A stretch of DNA of 64,000 bases, taken from IMG/VR virus record IMGVR_UViG_3300007513_000003; one strand, written 5' to 3'. Below, in pieces: positions 54,984-63,999 of this stretch (the first letter of the stretch is position 1; each line of letters starts with the position of its first letter). Under the pieces are notes generated by a model. That model did not search any database and was not told the DNA's origin. It saw nothing but the letters and a program-made list of their open reading frames with translations. This DNA comes from a virus (Duplodnaviria; Caudoviricetes). A program made the position numbers and the translations under genes.

Positions 54984-55928
54984 TTACTGGCCCTGTCTAG
55001 CACGGATAGTTGCTAAAATATCCTCTGCTTTGGAACCACCACTACTCTGCGGAGTTTCGGAGACTACCGATTCTTGTTTTTCTTCCTTAGGTTCAGAAGC
55101 GGTAGTGGTTGCTTTTGAATCGTTGGAAGTTGTTTCTGGTTTGTACATACCTGCTGGACGGAAATATTGTCCATAAAGATCTGGATCATACTGCTTTCCG
55201 TCTACAGATGCTTCAAACATATCTTTAATAACATTGACCGCCGTTTCATCCGGTTTGTTAGGAAGGAAACTGCTAAGATCAAACAAGCCATATTGTGAGA
55301 TTGCATCCATTTCTTCTTTGTCAAGAGCACGTTCGCGTCTTGCCCAAGTAGATGTTGAATAATCAGCATATCCACCTTTAGTTGTTTTTGTCAAACGGAA
55401 GTCCAATCCATTTGTATAATCAGTTGGAAGTTCCTCCAGTTCAGGATCCATCAATGCCGCTTTAAGTAATTGGAAAATTTGTGGTCCAATAATAAAACGA
55501 CGAATTGGATTTTCCGGAACAGTATCCTCAGCAAGTGGACTATCCAATACAAATCCTTGGAAAATGTAAGAACGCTTTTTCCAGTACTTACGACCCATAT
55601 CTTCTAGTGCTGGGTCCTTAAACCAAGTGCGAACCTCGGTCAAAACTGGACAAGTTTCGTTCCACATTTCCATACACGGAACCTGTACGAAAGTATTCTT
55701 AGAATCACTATCGCCTTTAATTCCGCTAAATGGAAGTCTAATCATAAGTCTTTCTACCCAGAAAAACGGATTACTTTCATTACCGTCGGGTAAAAACCTT
55801 AGTACTGCTGTGGATTGTTCTGGAATATTCCAGAAAGGATAAATGGCGTTGTCGCCAATAAATGAAGAACCGCTACCTTTGTTTTCTTGAGCCTGTAGCT
55901 TAGCTCGTATATCTGCTAATGATGCCAT
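54984..55928 (-). CDS. gp32: Single-stranded DNA-binding protein (T4 gp32-like)
   Basis: AVLRFLP, CPV, KYWKKRSY, GLDF.L.K..KGGYADYSTS. Confidence 0.9.
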   Translation of the reverse strand: MASLADIRAKLQAQENKGSGSSFIGDNAIYPFWNIPEQSTAVLRFLPDGNESNPFFWVERLMIRLPFSGIKGDSDSKNTFVQVPCMEMWNETCPVLTEVRTWFKDPALEDMGRKYWKKRSYIFQGFVLDSPLAEDTVPENPIRRFIIGPQIFQLLKAALMDPELEELPTDYTNGLDFRLTKTTKGGYADYSTSTWARRERALDKEEMDAISQYGLFDLSSFLPNKPDETAVNVIKDMFEASVDGKQYDPDLYGQYFRPAGMYKPETTSNDSKATTTASEPKEEKQESVVSETPQSSGGSKAEDILATIRARQGQ

Positions 55929-55982
55929 AATAATTTGCCTCTTGTTGTTTGCCTAAATTTGTGCCTAAAACACATACTATAT

Positions 55983-56011
55983 AGTATATGATAAAGTATT
56001 TAGTTTGTCAA
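55983..56011 (-). promoter_or_regulatory. sigma70 promoter for gp32 with nested late promoter
   Basis: TTGACA-17-TATACT; CTAAATA at 55997-56003; 14-bp palindrome at 55974-55987. Confidence 0.7.
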
Positions 56012-56033
56012 GTAAAAAAGAGGGATTTTATGG

Positions 56034-56834
56034 TTAACCTGATAGTCCCAGGGCATCATTCGGATTCGCAAGGAGTTCTTTGGCTTTTTCTACTTCGGAT
56101 TTTCTTTTACTTTTTGTACTAGTGGAGTCACTGCCTGAGTTGTTTTTATCTTGATACCAATTATAGATATCCCAAACATCCCAACCTAATGCAGCCGCGT
56201 TAGTTGCCCAGGAGAGAAATCCGCCACCAAGTAATGTTGCGGCCGCGTGCCTTGCGGCTATTTTTGATGCGATATTGGCTGCTTTCTTTTTTGCTGGTTT
56301 GACCTTTTCAGGATCGAATTTATTGTCAGGATATTTCTTGTTCCAGTCTTTAACGTTATCATCAACGTTGGCTTGGGCTCGCTTCGCAGCATCGGCCTGG
56401 GCGGCAGTTATACTGCCTCTTGTTCGTAGCTTGTTTGATTTAGCATTCTGTCCAACTTCAGATCCTATGGCTTTTGCATTAAGTTTTGCTTTTTTTAATA
56501 CCCCGCGCTTGGTTCTCGGAGTCGTTTTGTTTACCAATTGGGCTCTTTTCTGATTCAATGCATGGCCCGCTGCTCGGCGCATTTTATTTGCAGCTCTATA
56601 AGCCAACACGGCACTAGTGGCCGCCGGCATGCCCCCTGGCACATTGGCAAGGATGCCTGACTCATCTTCTCCTTCTCCTTCTCCTGACCTTTTTTCTGGG
56701 TGAAGATGAAATGGATTTGTTTCTACTAATATGAATGATTCAAAAACATAATCGCCTATATCTTCAGGCGTGAGTTTATTAAGAACTTCTAACATTTTTG
56801 TATCATTATCATTAAAAAGTTCTTCTAAAAGCAT
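56034..56834 (-). CDS. Putative internal head protein
   Basis: Leader MLLEELFN; A/K-rich. Confidence 0.6.
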   Translation of the reverse strand: MLLEELFNDNDTKMLEVLNKLTPEDIGDYVFESFILVETNPFHLHPEKRSGEGEGEDESGILANVPGGMPAATSAVLAYRAANKMRRAAGHALNQKRAQLVNKTTPRTKRGVLKKAKLNAKAIGSEVGQNAKSNKLRTRGSITAAQADAAKRAQANVDDNVKDWNKKYPDNKFDPEKVKPAKKKAANIASKIAARHAAATLLGGGFLSWATNAAALGWDVWDIYNWYQDKNNSGSDSTSTKSKRKSEVEKAKELLANPNDALGLSG

Positions 56835-56835
56835 T

Positions 56836-58203
56836 TTAGTAACCTTGTGTAATTTCGTCTGCCCATTCTTCTACTAGATCTGCTTCATCTTTAAATGACT
56901 TGCTTTCTACTGCGTGAGTATATCTTACACGTTGAGTATATTCTTCATCTTCGTTAATACGGCCCAAGTCGCTTACATATTTCTTTGCTAGTTGTACTGC
57001 TAATGCACCTTCCTCTGATTCGGAAAGTTCTGCACCAACAAACTTATGTGCAAACTCTCTAACAATGTCATTGTCAACAATACGATTGCTGATATCTTCT
57101 AGAGCAGTGCTCACTAAACTTCTTACATCATCGTGCTGAACTGAACGAGCAAATTGATCTGTATCAACTGAACTCTCTAATACTAGATCACCGCTTTCAA
57201 TAAACTCTCTGATTTGGTTTAGTTTGTTTGCTTTATTTTCCATAGCAGTTTTGTAAATGCTATTAATTAATGGTAGGGACTCAAATACGCTTTCATCAAA
57301 CTTCTTAACTGTAAAGAAGTCTTTCATTTCATCTAAGTTATCTTCGGATAGTGTTTCTTCTTGTGCTTCAAAACTTTCTGCAAATGAGGTGTATCCACGT
57401 GCTGTTGAGATACGTGCTAAACTGCTCCTAATACCATTGTAAGCATCACGTACACTTTCTACAATGTCTGCTGTATCTTCATTTACTAAGCTATTGCGTC
57501 TGCTGTATGCTACAAAGTTCTTTAATTGGCCTAATTGGTTAACATTGTTAACAATGTGTGTGCCAATGTCATCATGCAAGTTGCCACCTTCACTAATGTG
57601 CCTTGCAACTGCTCTTGCACCTAGTAAGTTAGTAAATGGAAGTAGTGTTCTTTCACCGCTTGTAGTTTCAACAAAAATTTTGCTAATATTTCTACTGCGT
57701 GATCCTCTAACTTCTTCATCTACTGGGCGTCTATGTCTGACAATAATTCTTGCAGTCTCACCTAAATCTTGGTAACTACTTTTAATGCTACCATACATTT
57801 TTGACTCGTTCATATCACTATCCTTAAATTCTGCTTGCTGATTGCGTAAAAATTCAAAATCTTTTCTTTCCAAATTGGACTTATTAATATCTCTTACATC
57901 AAACGTCAACATTCTGCGTTTTGCAAATTGACGCATTTCTTTTAAAAAATTATACCATTGCTGTTTACTATCACCCAAACTTTCTACTAAATCATTACCA
58001 TAGTAAACTTTAAATTTGTCGTCTACTAAACTAATAGTAACTGTGCCAACGTCTGTACCATTGTCTTCAAATACAAAATCAAAGAAGCGGGCTTCTCTTG
58101 GCTCAAGTGTTTTCATTGCACTTGCATCACCAATTGTTAGTGTTGGATAAACTGATCTTAATTTATTAAAAAGATCTTCAGCAATTTTTTCAATATTTTC
58201 CAT
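56836..58203 (-). CDS. Late virion-associated protein
   Basis: 455 aa; ATAAATA 6 nt upstream; next to terL. Confidence 0.65.
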   Translation of the reverse strand: MENIEKIAEDLFNKLRSVYPTLTIGDASAMKTLEPREARFFDFVFEDNGTDVGTVTISLVDDKFKVYYGNDLVESLGDSKQQWYNFLKEMRQFAKRRMLTFDVRDINKSNLERKDFEFLRNQQAEFKDSDMNESKMYGSIKSSYQDLGETARIIVRHRRPVDEEVRGSRSRNISKIFVETTSGERTLLPFTNLLGARAVARHISEGGNLHDDIGTHIVNNVNQLGQLKNFVAYSRRNSLVNEDTADIVESVRDAYNGIRSSLARISTARGYTSFAESFEAQEETLSEDNLDEMKDFFTVKKFDESVFESLPLINSIYKTAMENKANKLNQIREFIESGDLVLESSVDTDQFARSVQHDDVRSLVSTALEDISNRIVDNDIVREFAHKFVGAELSESEEGALAVQLAKKYVSDLGRINEDEEYTQRVRYTHAVESKSFKDEADLVEEWADEITQGY

Positions 58204-58218
58204 TGTTAGTATTTATGC

Positions 58219-59802
58219 TTAAACCACAATAAACGGCATTGGCATATCTTGTTCAGAATCAATATCATCCTTTAATCTATCAAATAATCCAGTATCCCAT
58301 TGCCTTACTTCATAACTCATTCGAACTATCAACAATGTAGCAGATACTAAATCATCTGTTTCGCCGTCTTTTGCGGCATAACTTTGCCCTCTTGCTATAT
58401 ATGTTTTTAGTTCAGAGATTAAATTTTTACTTTTTATTTCAATTTTATCTGTTTCAATTAGGTTTTTTAATCTACTACATGCTAATAACTTTGATTTATG
58501 CGTAGTATTAAAACCTTTTCTAAATCTACGCGAATTGCCGTGCTTTTTAGTCTCAGATAAAAATATACCTTTAAACTGTTCTTCACCTAGATCATCTATA
58601 ACGACTAATGCCGCTTCGCCTAGTGTATTATTTTCTATACTAAACCATATTTGTGGTGTATCTAAATTCTTTGCACCTATTTCTTCTGCAATATAATATG
58701 TAATATCTCTTAATATTTTTATTTGTCCTTGTACTGGTGTTTTATTATGCATCCACTCTGCTACTTGTTTCATTGTAGGTATTTCAAATACCTGTATAGC
58801 GGCATTGTCTCCACCTGTGCCTAAACTTGGATCCAATGCTATTAAGTAATTGTGTCCTTTTTGTGGCTTGGTGTACCATTTAACTTGACCGTGTTTTTCC
58901 AATACATGTATTGGACGTAATGATGCCAATACGCGAGAGTCAATTAATGTCTCGTCGTTAATAACAAACTCGCAATCATGTTCGCGAGCAAAGCGTTCTG
59001 CACCAATGCGTCCTAGTTCTTCCTGTCGCCACTTCTCATCACGCTCTGGATGTTCGTTCCAATATGCTCTAAACGCAAAAAAGCCATTGCGTCCTACGTC
59101 TGTTTCATTACCGTAATCATCAATAGTTTTATTTGCGTCTCTCCAAATCATAGCAAACTGGTCTTCATCACTGTTTGGCGTTGAGGTAATAATAGCACCA
59201 CCGCCTGTTGCTAGTGTTGGAGATATGGACGTCCAGAATTCTTTCGCAATGCTAGGCTTTACAAACGCAAACTCGTCTAAGTATAGTAGTGAGATGGACA
59301 AACCACGTCCTGTGTTTTCTGTAGTAGTTGTGCTAACAATTCTACTACTGTTATCAAAGTCTATACTACCTTTATTATATGAATAAACACCCGGACGAAT
59401 AAAATCAGGAACGTCTTCATATGAATATCGTATGCGTTGCATAATCTCTTGTGAGCCAGCATACTTGTGCGCCGCAACAAGTATTGTGCTATCTGGAATA
59501 AACATAGCATGCCATAACAAATATCCTGCCGCGGTGGTAGTTTTACCAGTTTGCCTAGGCATTAGATTAACACTAAATCTATGTTTGTGATAACTGTCCA
59601 ACAAACGTGTTTGATATTCATACGCATGGTATTTTATTCTACCTCTGCGTGGATGTTGTATCCAAAAATAGTTCTCTAAAAAATAAGCAGGGCCGGTGTC
59701 AGGATCAGCACATTTTGCCAGTTCCAATAACTGTTCATCTGTGTATGATTCTCTAGTGTGTGCTTTTTTGACTAAATTGCCGTCAAGTGATTTATTGGAC
59801 AT
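58219..59802 (-). CDS. terL: Terminase large subunit
   Basis: MPRQTGKT, LYLDEFAF, ITSTPN, ALDPSLGTGGDN, TDDLV. Confidence 0.95.
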   Translation of the reverse strand: MSNKSLDGNLVKKAHTRESYTDEQLLELAKCADPDTGPAYFLENYFWIQHPRRGRIKYHAYEYQTRLLDSYHKHRFSVNLMPRQTGKTTTAAGYLLWHAMFIPDSTILVAAHKYAGSQEIMQRIRYSYEDVPDFIRPGVYSYNKGSIDFDNSSRIVSTTTTENTGRGLSISLLYLDEFAFVKPSIAKEFWTSISPTLATGGGAIITSTPNSDEDQFAMIWRDANKTIDDYGNETDVGRNGFFAFRAYWNEHPERDEKWRQEELGRIGAERFAREHDCEFVINDETLIDSRVLASLRPIHVLEKHGQVKWYTKPQKGHNYLIALDPSLGTGGDNAAIQVFEIPTMKQVAEWMHNKTPVQGQIKILRDITYYIAEEIGAKNLDTPQIWFSIENNTLGEAALVVIDDLGEEQFKGIFLSETKKHGNSRRFRKGFNTTHKSKLLACSRLKNLIETDKIEIKSKNLISELKTYIARGQSYAAKDGETDDLVSATLLIVRMSYEVRQWDTGLFDRLKDDIDSEQDMPMPFIVV

Positions 59803-59829
59803 AACTGTATTTAACAGTTTTTAAGGGGG

Positions 59830-59982
59830 TTATTTCTTTTTCTTTTTGTTATGCTGTGACCAAGCAATGGCGTATGCGGCGGGACAATCGTCATCCCCGC
59901 CGCACATCTTTTTCTTTAACTTCTTAACTTACTTCTCTCTACCTGGAGGTGCTTTTTCGAGAAGTAGTTCGGAAATACGCAC
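59830..59982 (-). pseudogene. Small internal-head-type gene interrupted by one in-frame TAA
   Basis: GTG start adjacent to the upstream stop: MRISELLLEKAPPGREK*VKKLKKKMCGGDDDCPAAYAIAWSQHNKKKKK*; internal TAA at 59929-59931. Confidence 0.6.
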
Positions 59983-60879
59983 TTAGGCTACTACACCCCA
60001 GGTTTTTCCTTTACCGTCGTCTTTCTTTTCTGGTGCTTTTTTTGCCTCTTCAGGCTTTTTCCGTTTTCCTGCGGCTTCATCCAAACCTGCTAGTTGTCTA
60101 ATACGATTAACATCTTCTTCTACATTTGCTTTATATAATGCATCTTGTACAGCATCATCATTTAAAACATCTTCACCATAAGCATCTTTAATTGCAGCCC
60201 ACGCACCATCGTAATCGCCTGCCATATCGTGTACTACTTTTATTGCGGCTTTGATTGCATCTTCTTTCCAACCCGGTTTTACACCTTTAGTAGGAAACTC
60301 CATGTTATCTATTTCTTTACTTTTGGCCCATCCAGCGGGTGTTTCATGAACTTCTTCTACTTCTTCTTCTACCTCTTCTTTTTCTAAAGGTTTTCTAGCA
60401 CGGTGAGGAACTTCTTTCTTTGTGCGGTAATTGACTCTAATTGCCTCTTCAACTTCCTCAGCTTCTTCTTCACTTTCAGCAATAAACTCGTCATACGCAT
60501 TGCGTAATTTATTTTCTGCAGATTCCAATGCCATTGGATTGTCACCGCCTGCTACTGGAGGATAACTTTTCTTTACCCTATGCAAGTCGTCACCTACTTT
60601 AAAAACTTCTTCTGGTGAATGAACTGTTGCTTCTGGCTCATTATCCCAACTTTCGCCTTCTGTCATACCGCAACCACATGGTGAATCACCACAGTCTGGG
60701 CATGGAGCATCATACTCTTCTTCAGGACTTACATTTAATGCTACAGGATGAGATTGGCTCATGCCTGCTAAATTTAGCAACTCTGCTAGTTTGTTTGCAT
60801 CTGTAGTAGAAATTGATGTTGTTGCGTTATCACCGTTCTCTCCAGATGTTGTAATATTTAGGTTATATTTTGTTTCCAT
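59983..60879 (-). CDS. Acidic late/virion protein
   Basis: E-rich, contains CPDC..PCGC. Confidence 0.65.
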   Translation of the reverse strand: METKYNLNITTSGENGDNATTSISTTDANKLAELLNLAGMSQSHPVALNVSPEEEYDAPCPDCGDSPCGCGMTEGESWDNEPEATVHSPEEVFKVGDDLHRVKKSYPPVAGGDNPMALESAENKLRNAYDEFIAESEEEAEEVEEAIRVNYRTKKEVPHRARKPLEKEEVEEEVEEVHETPAGWAKSKEIDNMEFPTKGVKPGWKEDAIKAAIKVVHDMAGDYDGAWAAIKDAYGEDVLNDDAVQDALYKANVEEDVNRIRQLAGLDEAAGKRKKPEEAKKAPEKKDDGKGKTWGVVA

Positions 60880-60880
60880 T

Positions 60881-61483
60881 TTAATTAGTTCCTACTGGTG
60901 ATGTAGTACCCATCGGTGCTTTCAAAAATTCGTCCGGCTCGTGCTCAATTTCACTACTTGGATCTTTTGCAAAATTAACCATATCAAACAATCTACCTTT
61001 GCGTTTTTCATCTTCATCTGCAAGCATCTTATCTGTGTGTTCTTGTCCAGCAGGTAAGTCGCCTTCTGATTCTGGATAATCACTATCTAATAGTGATTCT
61101 GGTTTAGCATCTGGATCCTTTTCGTCTAGTTCCTTTTGGTCTTTGTCATTTTGAACTTCTTCTGGATGATCTGGACTACGAACAACAATATGACTTTCAG
61201 GAATTCCTAACATGCTATGAATATAATTTTGTAATACGTTGGGAGTAGTAGGATATTCTAATACAATATCTACAATATAAATTTCACCAGCTCCTAAATT
61301 ACCAAAATCCATTGGATGTTTTTGCATAATTGTTTTGTTTGCTTTAGATACGCTTTTAACGCCGTATCTATTCAAACATCCTTCTAGGCGATCTAAGTGT
61401 TCGTCTGTAATATCTACAGCAAACTTCAATCTAAAAGGATAATCTGTTTTTGCTTCTGTAATGTATTGTTTTAAACTTTTCAT
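60881..61483 (-). CDS. Putative virion protein with T4 CTS-like leader
   Basis: MKSLKQYITEAK; late promoter at 61513-61519. Confidence 0.65.
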   Translation of the reverse strand: MKSLKQYITEAKTDYPFRLKFAVDITDEHLDRLEGCLNRYGVKSVSKANKTIMQKHPMDFGNLGAGEIYIVDIVLEYPTTPNVLQNYIHSMLGIPESHIVVRSPDHPEEVQNDKDQKELDEKDPDAKPESLLDSDYPESEGDLPAGQEHTDKMLADEDEKRKGRLFDMVNFAKDPSSEIEHEPDEFLKAPMGTTSPVGTN

Positions 61484-61529
61484 AAGGGTACTCTTTTAAG
61501 TTTTATATTACTTATTTATTTAAATCACA

Positions 61530-62021
61530 CTATTTTTTATCTTTGCTGTCTTTATTTTGATCTAGGATTTGCTTAATTAGTTCGTTGCGATCTGCTACAA
61601 TAGTTGCTTCTGCTTCTATTTCTAGTCCGCCAACATCCCTTTCTTGTTGATCTACACGTTGCTTCTTAATTTGCAATTCAACCATACGCAATTTCTTATC
61701 AATTTTTGCGGCTTTAGCATCAATGGCGTTCTTCATCATAGTGCCTGCTACTTCAAATATCTTACCTGCGTATCGTGCTTCTACATTCATGCCCAAATCC
61801 ATTAGATCATTAAATGTTGTTATGGACTTTTCAGCAATGTTGTCCATTTCTTTATCATTAGATTCTAAATCTCTAACTAGTGGTAATGCACTATCAATTT
61901 TATCTACATCGCTTAATACTGACTGTAGTTTTGTTGCTTCTTCGGGTTTAAAGTCCGAGGGCTTCTCTTCTTCTTGCTCTGATTGTGCTAAATCAAAAAG
62001 TTCTTCTAGTTTTTTTGTCAT
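61530..62021 (-). CDS. terS: Probable terminase small subunit
   Basis: Helical; FNDLMDLGMNVEARY..IFEVA; close to terL; TTAAATA 5 nt upstream. Confidence 0.6.
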   Translation of the reverse strand: MTKKLEELFDLAQSEQEEEKPSDFKPEEATKLQSVLSDVDKIDSALPLVRDLESNDKEMDNIAEKSITTFNDLMDLGMNVEARYAGKIFEVAGTMMKNAIDAKAAKIDKKLRMVELQIKKQRVDQQERDVGGLEIEAEATIVADRNELIKQILDQNKDSKDKK

Positions 62022-62025
62022 AACG

Positions 62026-62979
62026 TTATTTAATCACTCCGCATACTTCTAAACATGTCTTTCGATACAATCCTTGGGAAAATTCTTTTGCTATGTTTAA
62101 AGTTTCAATATCATAAACTTCTTTTCTTTCATCTTCCCAAAAACAGCAAGGATGAATTACGCCATCTGCGCTTATAAAAAGTTGATAATGCTCATCATCG
62201 TCAGAGCACTGTAAATGATCACAAACATTTGGATCGACATAATTATTGGAAATAATCTTATCTAAATAGGCTTTTTTATCTACTTCATTTGAAATTGCTG
62301 TGTTTTCGAATACTTGAGTCTTTACTGAGTCATATGAATTATTATCTTCATCAGGAAACTCTAATAAATATCTTTCATTAGTTTTCCAATGAAATGCCTC
62401 TGGCACATAGGGCAATTCTGTATAAAATTCTGAAAACCCTAATTTATGAGACAATTCCCTTGCCTCTTCAACTTGGTGCTGGTTATGTTTAAACGTTAAA
62501 AATTTCCACACCGCGTGGCCGCCGGCGTCGATATATGCCTTTGCATTATCTATTATTTTATTAAAATTTGTGCCTTGTCTATAGATATGATTTGTATCCT
62601 CTAGTCCATCAATTGAGAAAGTAACTTCAAGTTGATTGCTTTTATAACTTCCTAAATCGGCCCACCAAGTCGTAGATCTTAAACTACCGCTTGTGTGCAT
62701 TGAAACAAAAAATTCTCTGTTATCGAATGATACCAATCTTAAAAGATCTTTAAGATGCTTATAGGCTGCAGGGTCTCCTCGATTTCCACATAAATGAATA
62801 TTTTTTAATATATTACATTTATTAACAAAATCAATAAAAAAATCTAGATCAAGATCAATTAATTCAAAATTGTCTTTAAGTCCATATCCATTATTATTGC
62901 GCGGACATCCTGGGCAACTAGCATTACATTTGGTTGTTGGCTCTACATGAACAATTGTTATTTTATTCCATATTTCCAT
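62026..62979 (-). CDS. Radical SAM protein (paralog of 17010..18449)
   Basis: CNASCPGC, LCGNRGD, FSIDGLEDTNHIYR, IHPCC. Confidence 0.9.
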   Translation of the reverse strand: MEIWNKITIVHVEPTTKCNASCPGCPRNNNGYGLKDNFELIDLDLDFFIDFVNKCNILKNIHLCGNRGDPAAYKHLKDLLRLVSFDNREFFVSMHTSGSLRSTTWWADLGSYKSNQLEVTFSIDGLEDTNHIYRQGTNFNKIIDNAKAYIDAGGHAVWKFLTFKHNQHQVEEARELSHKLGFSEFYTELPYVPEAFHWKTNERYLLEFPDEDNNSYDSVKTQVFENTAISNEVDKKAYLDKIISNNYVDPNVCDHLQCSDDDEHYQLFISADGVIHPCCFWEDERKEVYDIETLNIAKEFSQGLYRKTCLEVCGVIK

Positions 62980-63766
62980 ATAATTTTCTTAAATTTTGTG
63001 CCAATTTAATGCTATGTTTTTGTAATCGTTCGATATCAAAATTTATAGTAGTAAAATAGTCATTTAATATTGGTATTATATATTTAACATAAAAATCAAT
63101 TTGAAACGCACTGTTGGGTGACATATATCTTGCATCTTTATCAAATACGTCTAATTCAAACTCTTCACTTTCTTTATAAATTTCATATATTGGTTTTGGC
63201 GTTATAAACTTATTCCAATTTATATTATAATATAAATGCTGTAATTCAGGTGTCTCTTTTATAAAATCAAAATTAAAAGCATAGCCAAAGAAAAAATAAT
63301 ATGGAATTCCATGCAACTCACACAATGTTTGTATATCTAATATTTGCTCTAGATCTTTCATGTGCTCATATATATTAGATTTAAAAACATCGTTGTAAAC
63401 TTCTTTAATTACGTTATCATCACTGCTACTGCTCGCCCAAAAACCTCTTCCATCGACGACATTAGCATCCATATCGACAATAAAATTTCGTAAATTAAAG
63501 TCTTTTATTTGAGAAAGTATTTCTTCGTTCTCTACAAATAAATCAAGTTTACCAATACTAGTCCATTGTATAATAACTGCTTCAACATCTAAGTTTTCTA
63601 ATATATGTTTTTTGCAAGTGCGGCCAATATACTCATTGCCCACTGCTGGGCCGCCAATAGAAATGTGTTTTAATTTGTGCGTAAGTGTGGGAAAGTGTAC
63701 CCAAATTGGATAATGTTTAAAGTCTCGCTGGCTAATACCACAGCCGGCTGTGATTAATTTACTCAT
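62963..63766 (-). CDS. SGNH-like hypothetical protein
   Basis: LITAGCGIS, ISIGGPAVGNEYI, VIIQWT. Confidence 0.5.
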   Translation of the reverse strand: MSKLITAGCGISQRDFKHYPIWVHFPTLTHKLKHISIGGPAVGNEYIGRTCKKHILENLDVEAVIIQWTSIGKLDLFVENEEILSQIKDFNLRNFIVDMDANVVDGRGFWASSSSDDNVIKEVYNDVFKSNIYEHMKDLEQILDIQTLCELHGIPYYFFFGYAFNFDFIKETPELQHLYYNINWNKFITPKPIYEIYKESEEFELDVFDKDARYMSPNSAFQIDFYVKYIIPILNDYFTTINFDIERLQKHSIKLAQNLRKLYGNME

Positions 63767-63999
63767 TTTATTTTATTATATTCTTTCCTTGTAATAACAT
63801 TTCCGAGTGCATAATGATCATATTCAATCTCTTGCGAATTACTGCTACATGCTCTACATGCTACTGGATCTGGTTTATATATATTTCCTATAAACTTATC
63901 TAAATCGCTATTATAGTCTAATCCAGTATTTAAGTATGGTGCCCATTGTTCTTCGTTCTCTTTACCAAAAACTCTTAATGTATCTTCTAGGTTAGCAAT
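63763..63999 (-). CDS. C-terminal end of a probable radical SAM protein (5' part outside window)
   Basis: Not in the ORF track: ...EQWAPYLNTGL...KPDPVACRACS...KIK*, ATGA-coupled to the next gene. Confidence 0.45.
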   Translation of the reverse strand: MANLEDTLRVFGKENEEQWAPYLNTGLDYNSDLDKFIGNIYKPDPVACRACSSNSQEIEYDHYALGNVITRKEYNKIK

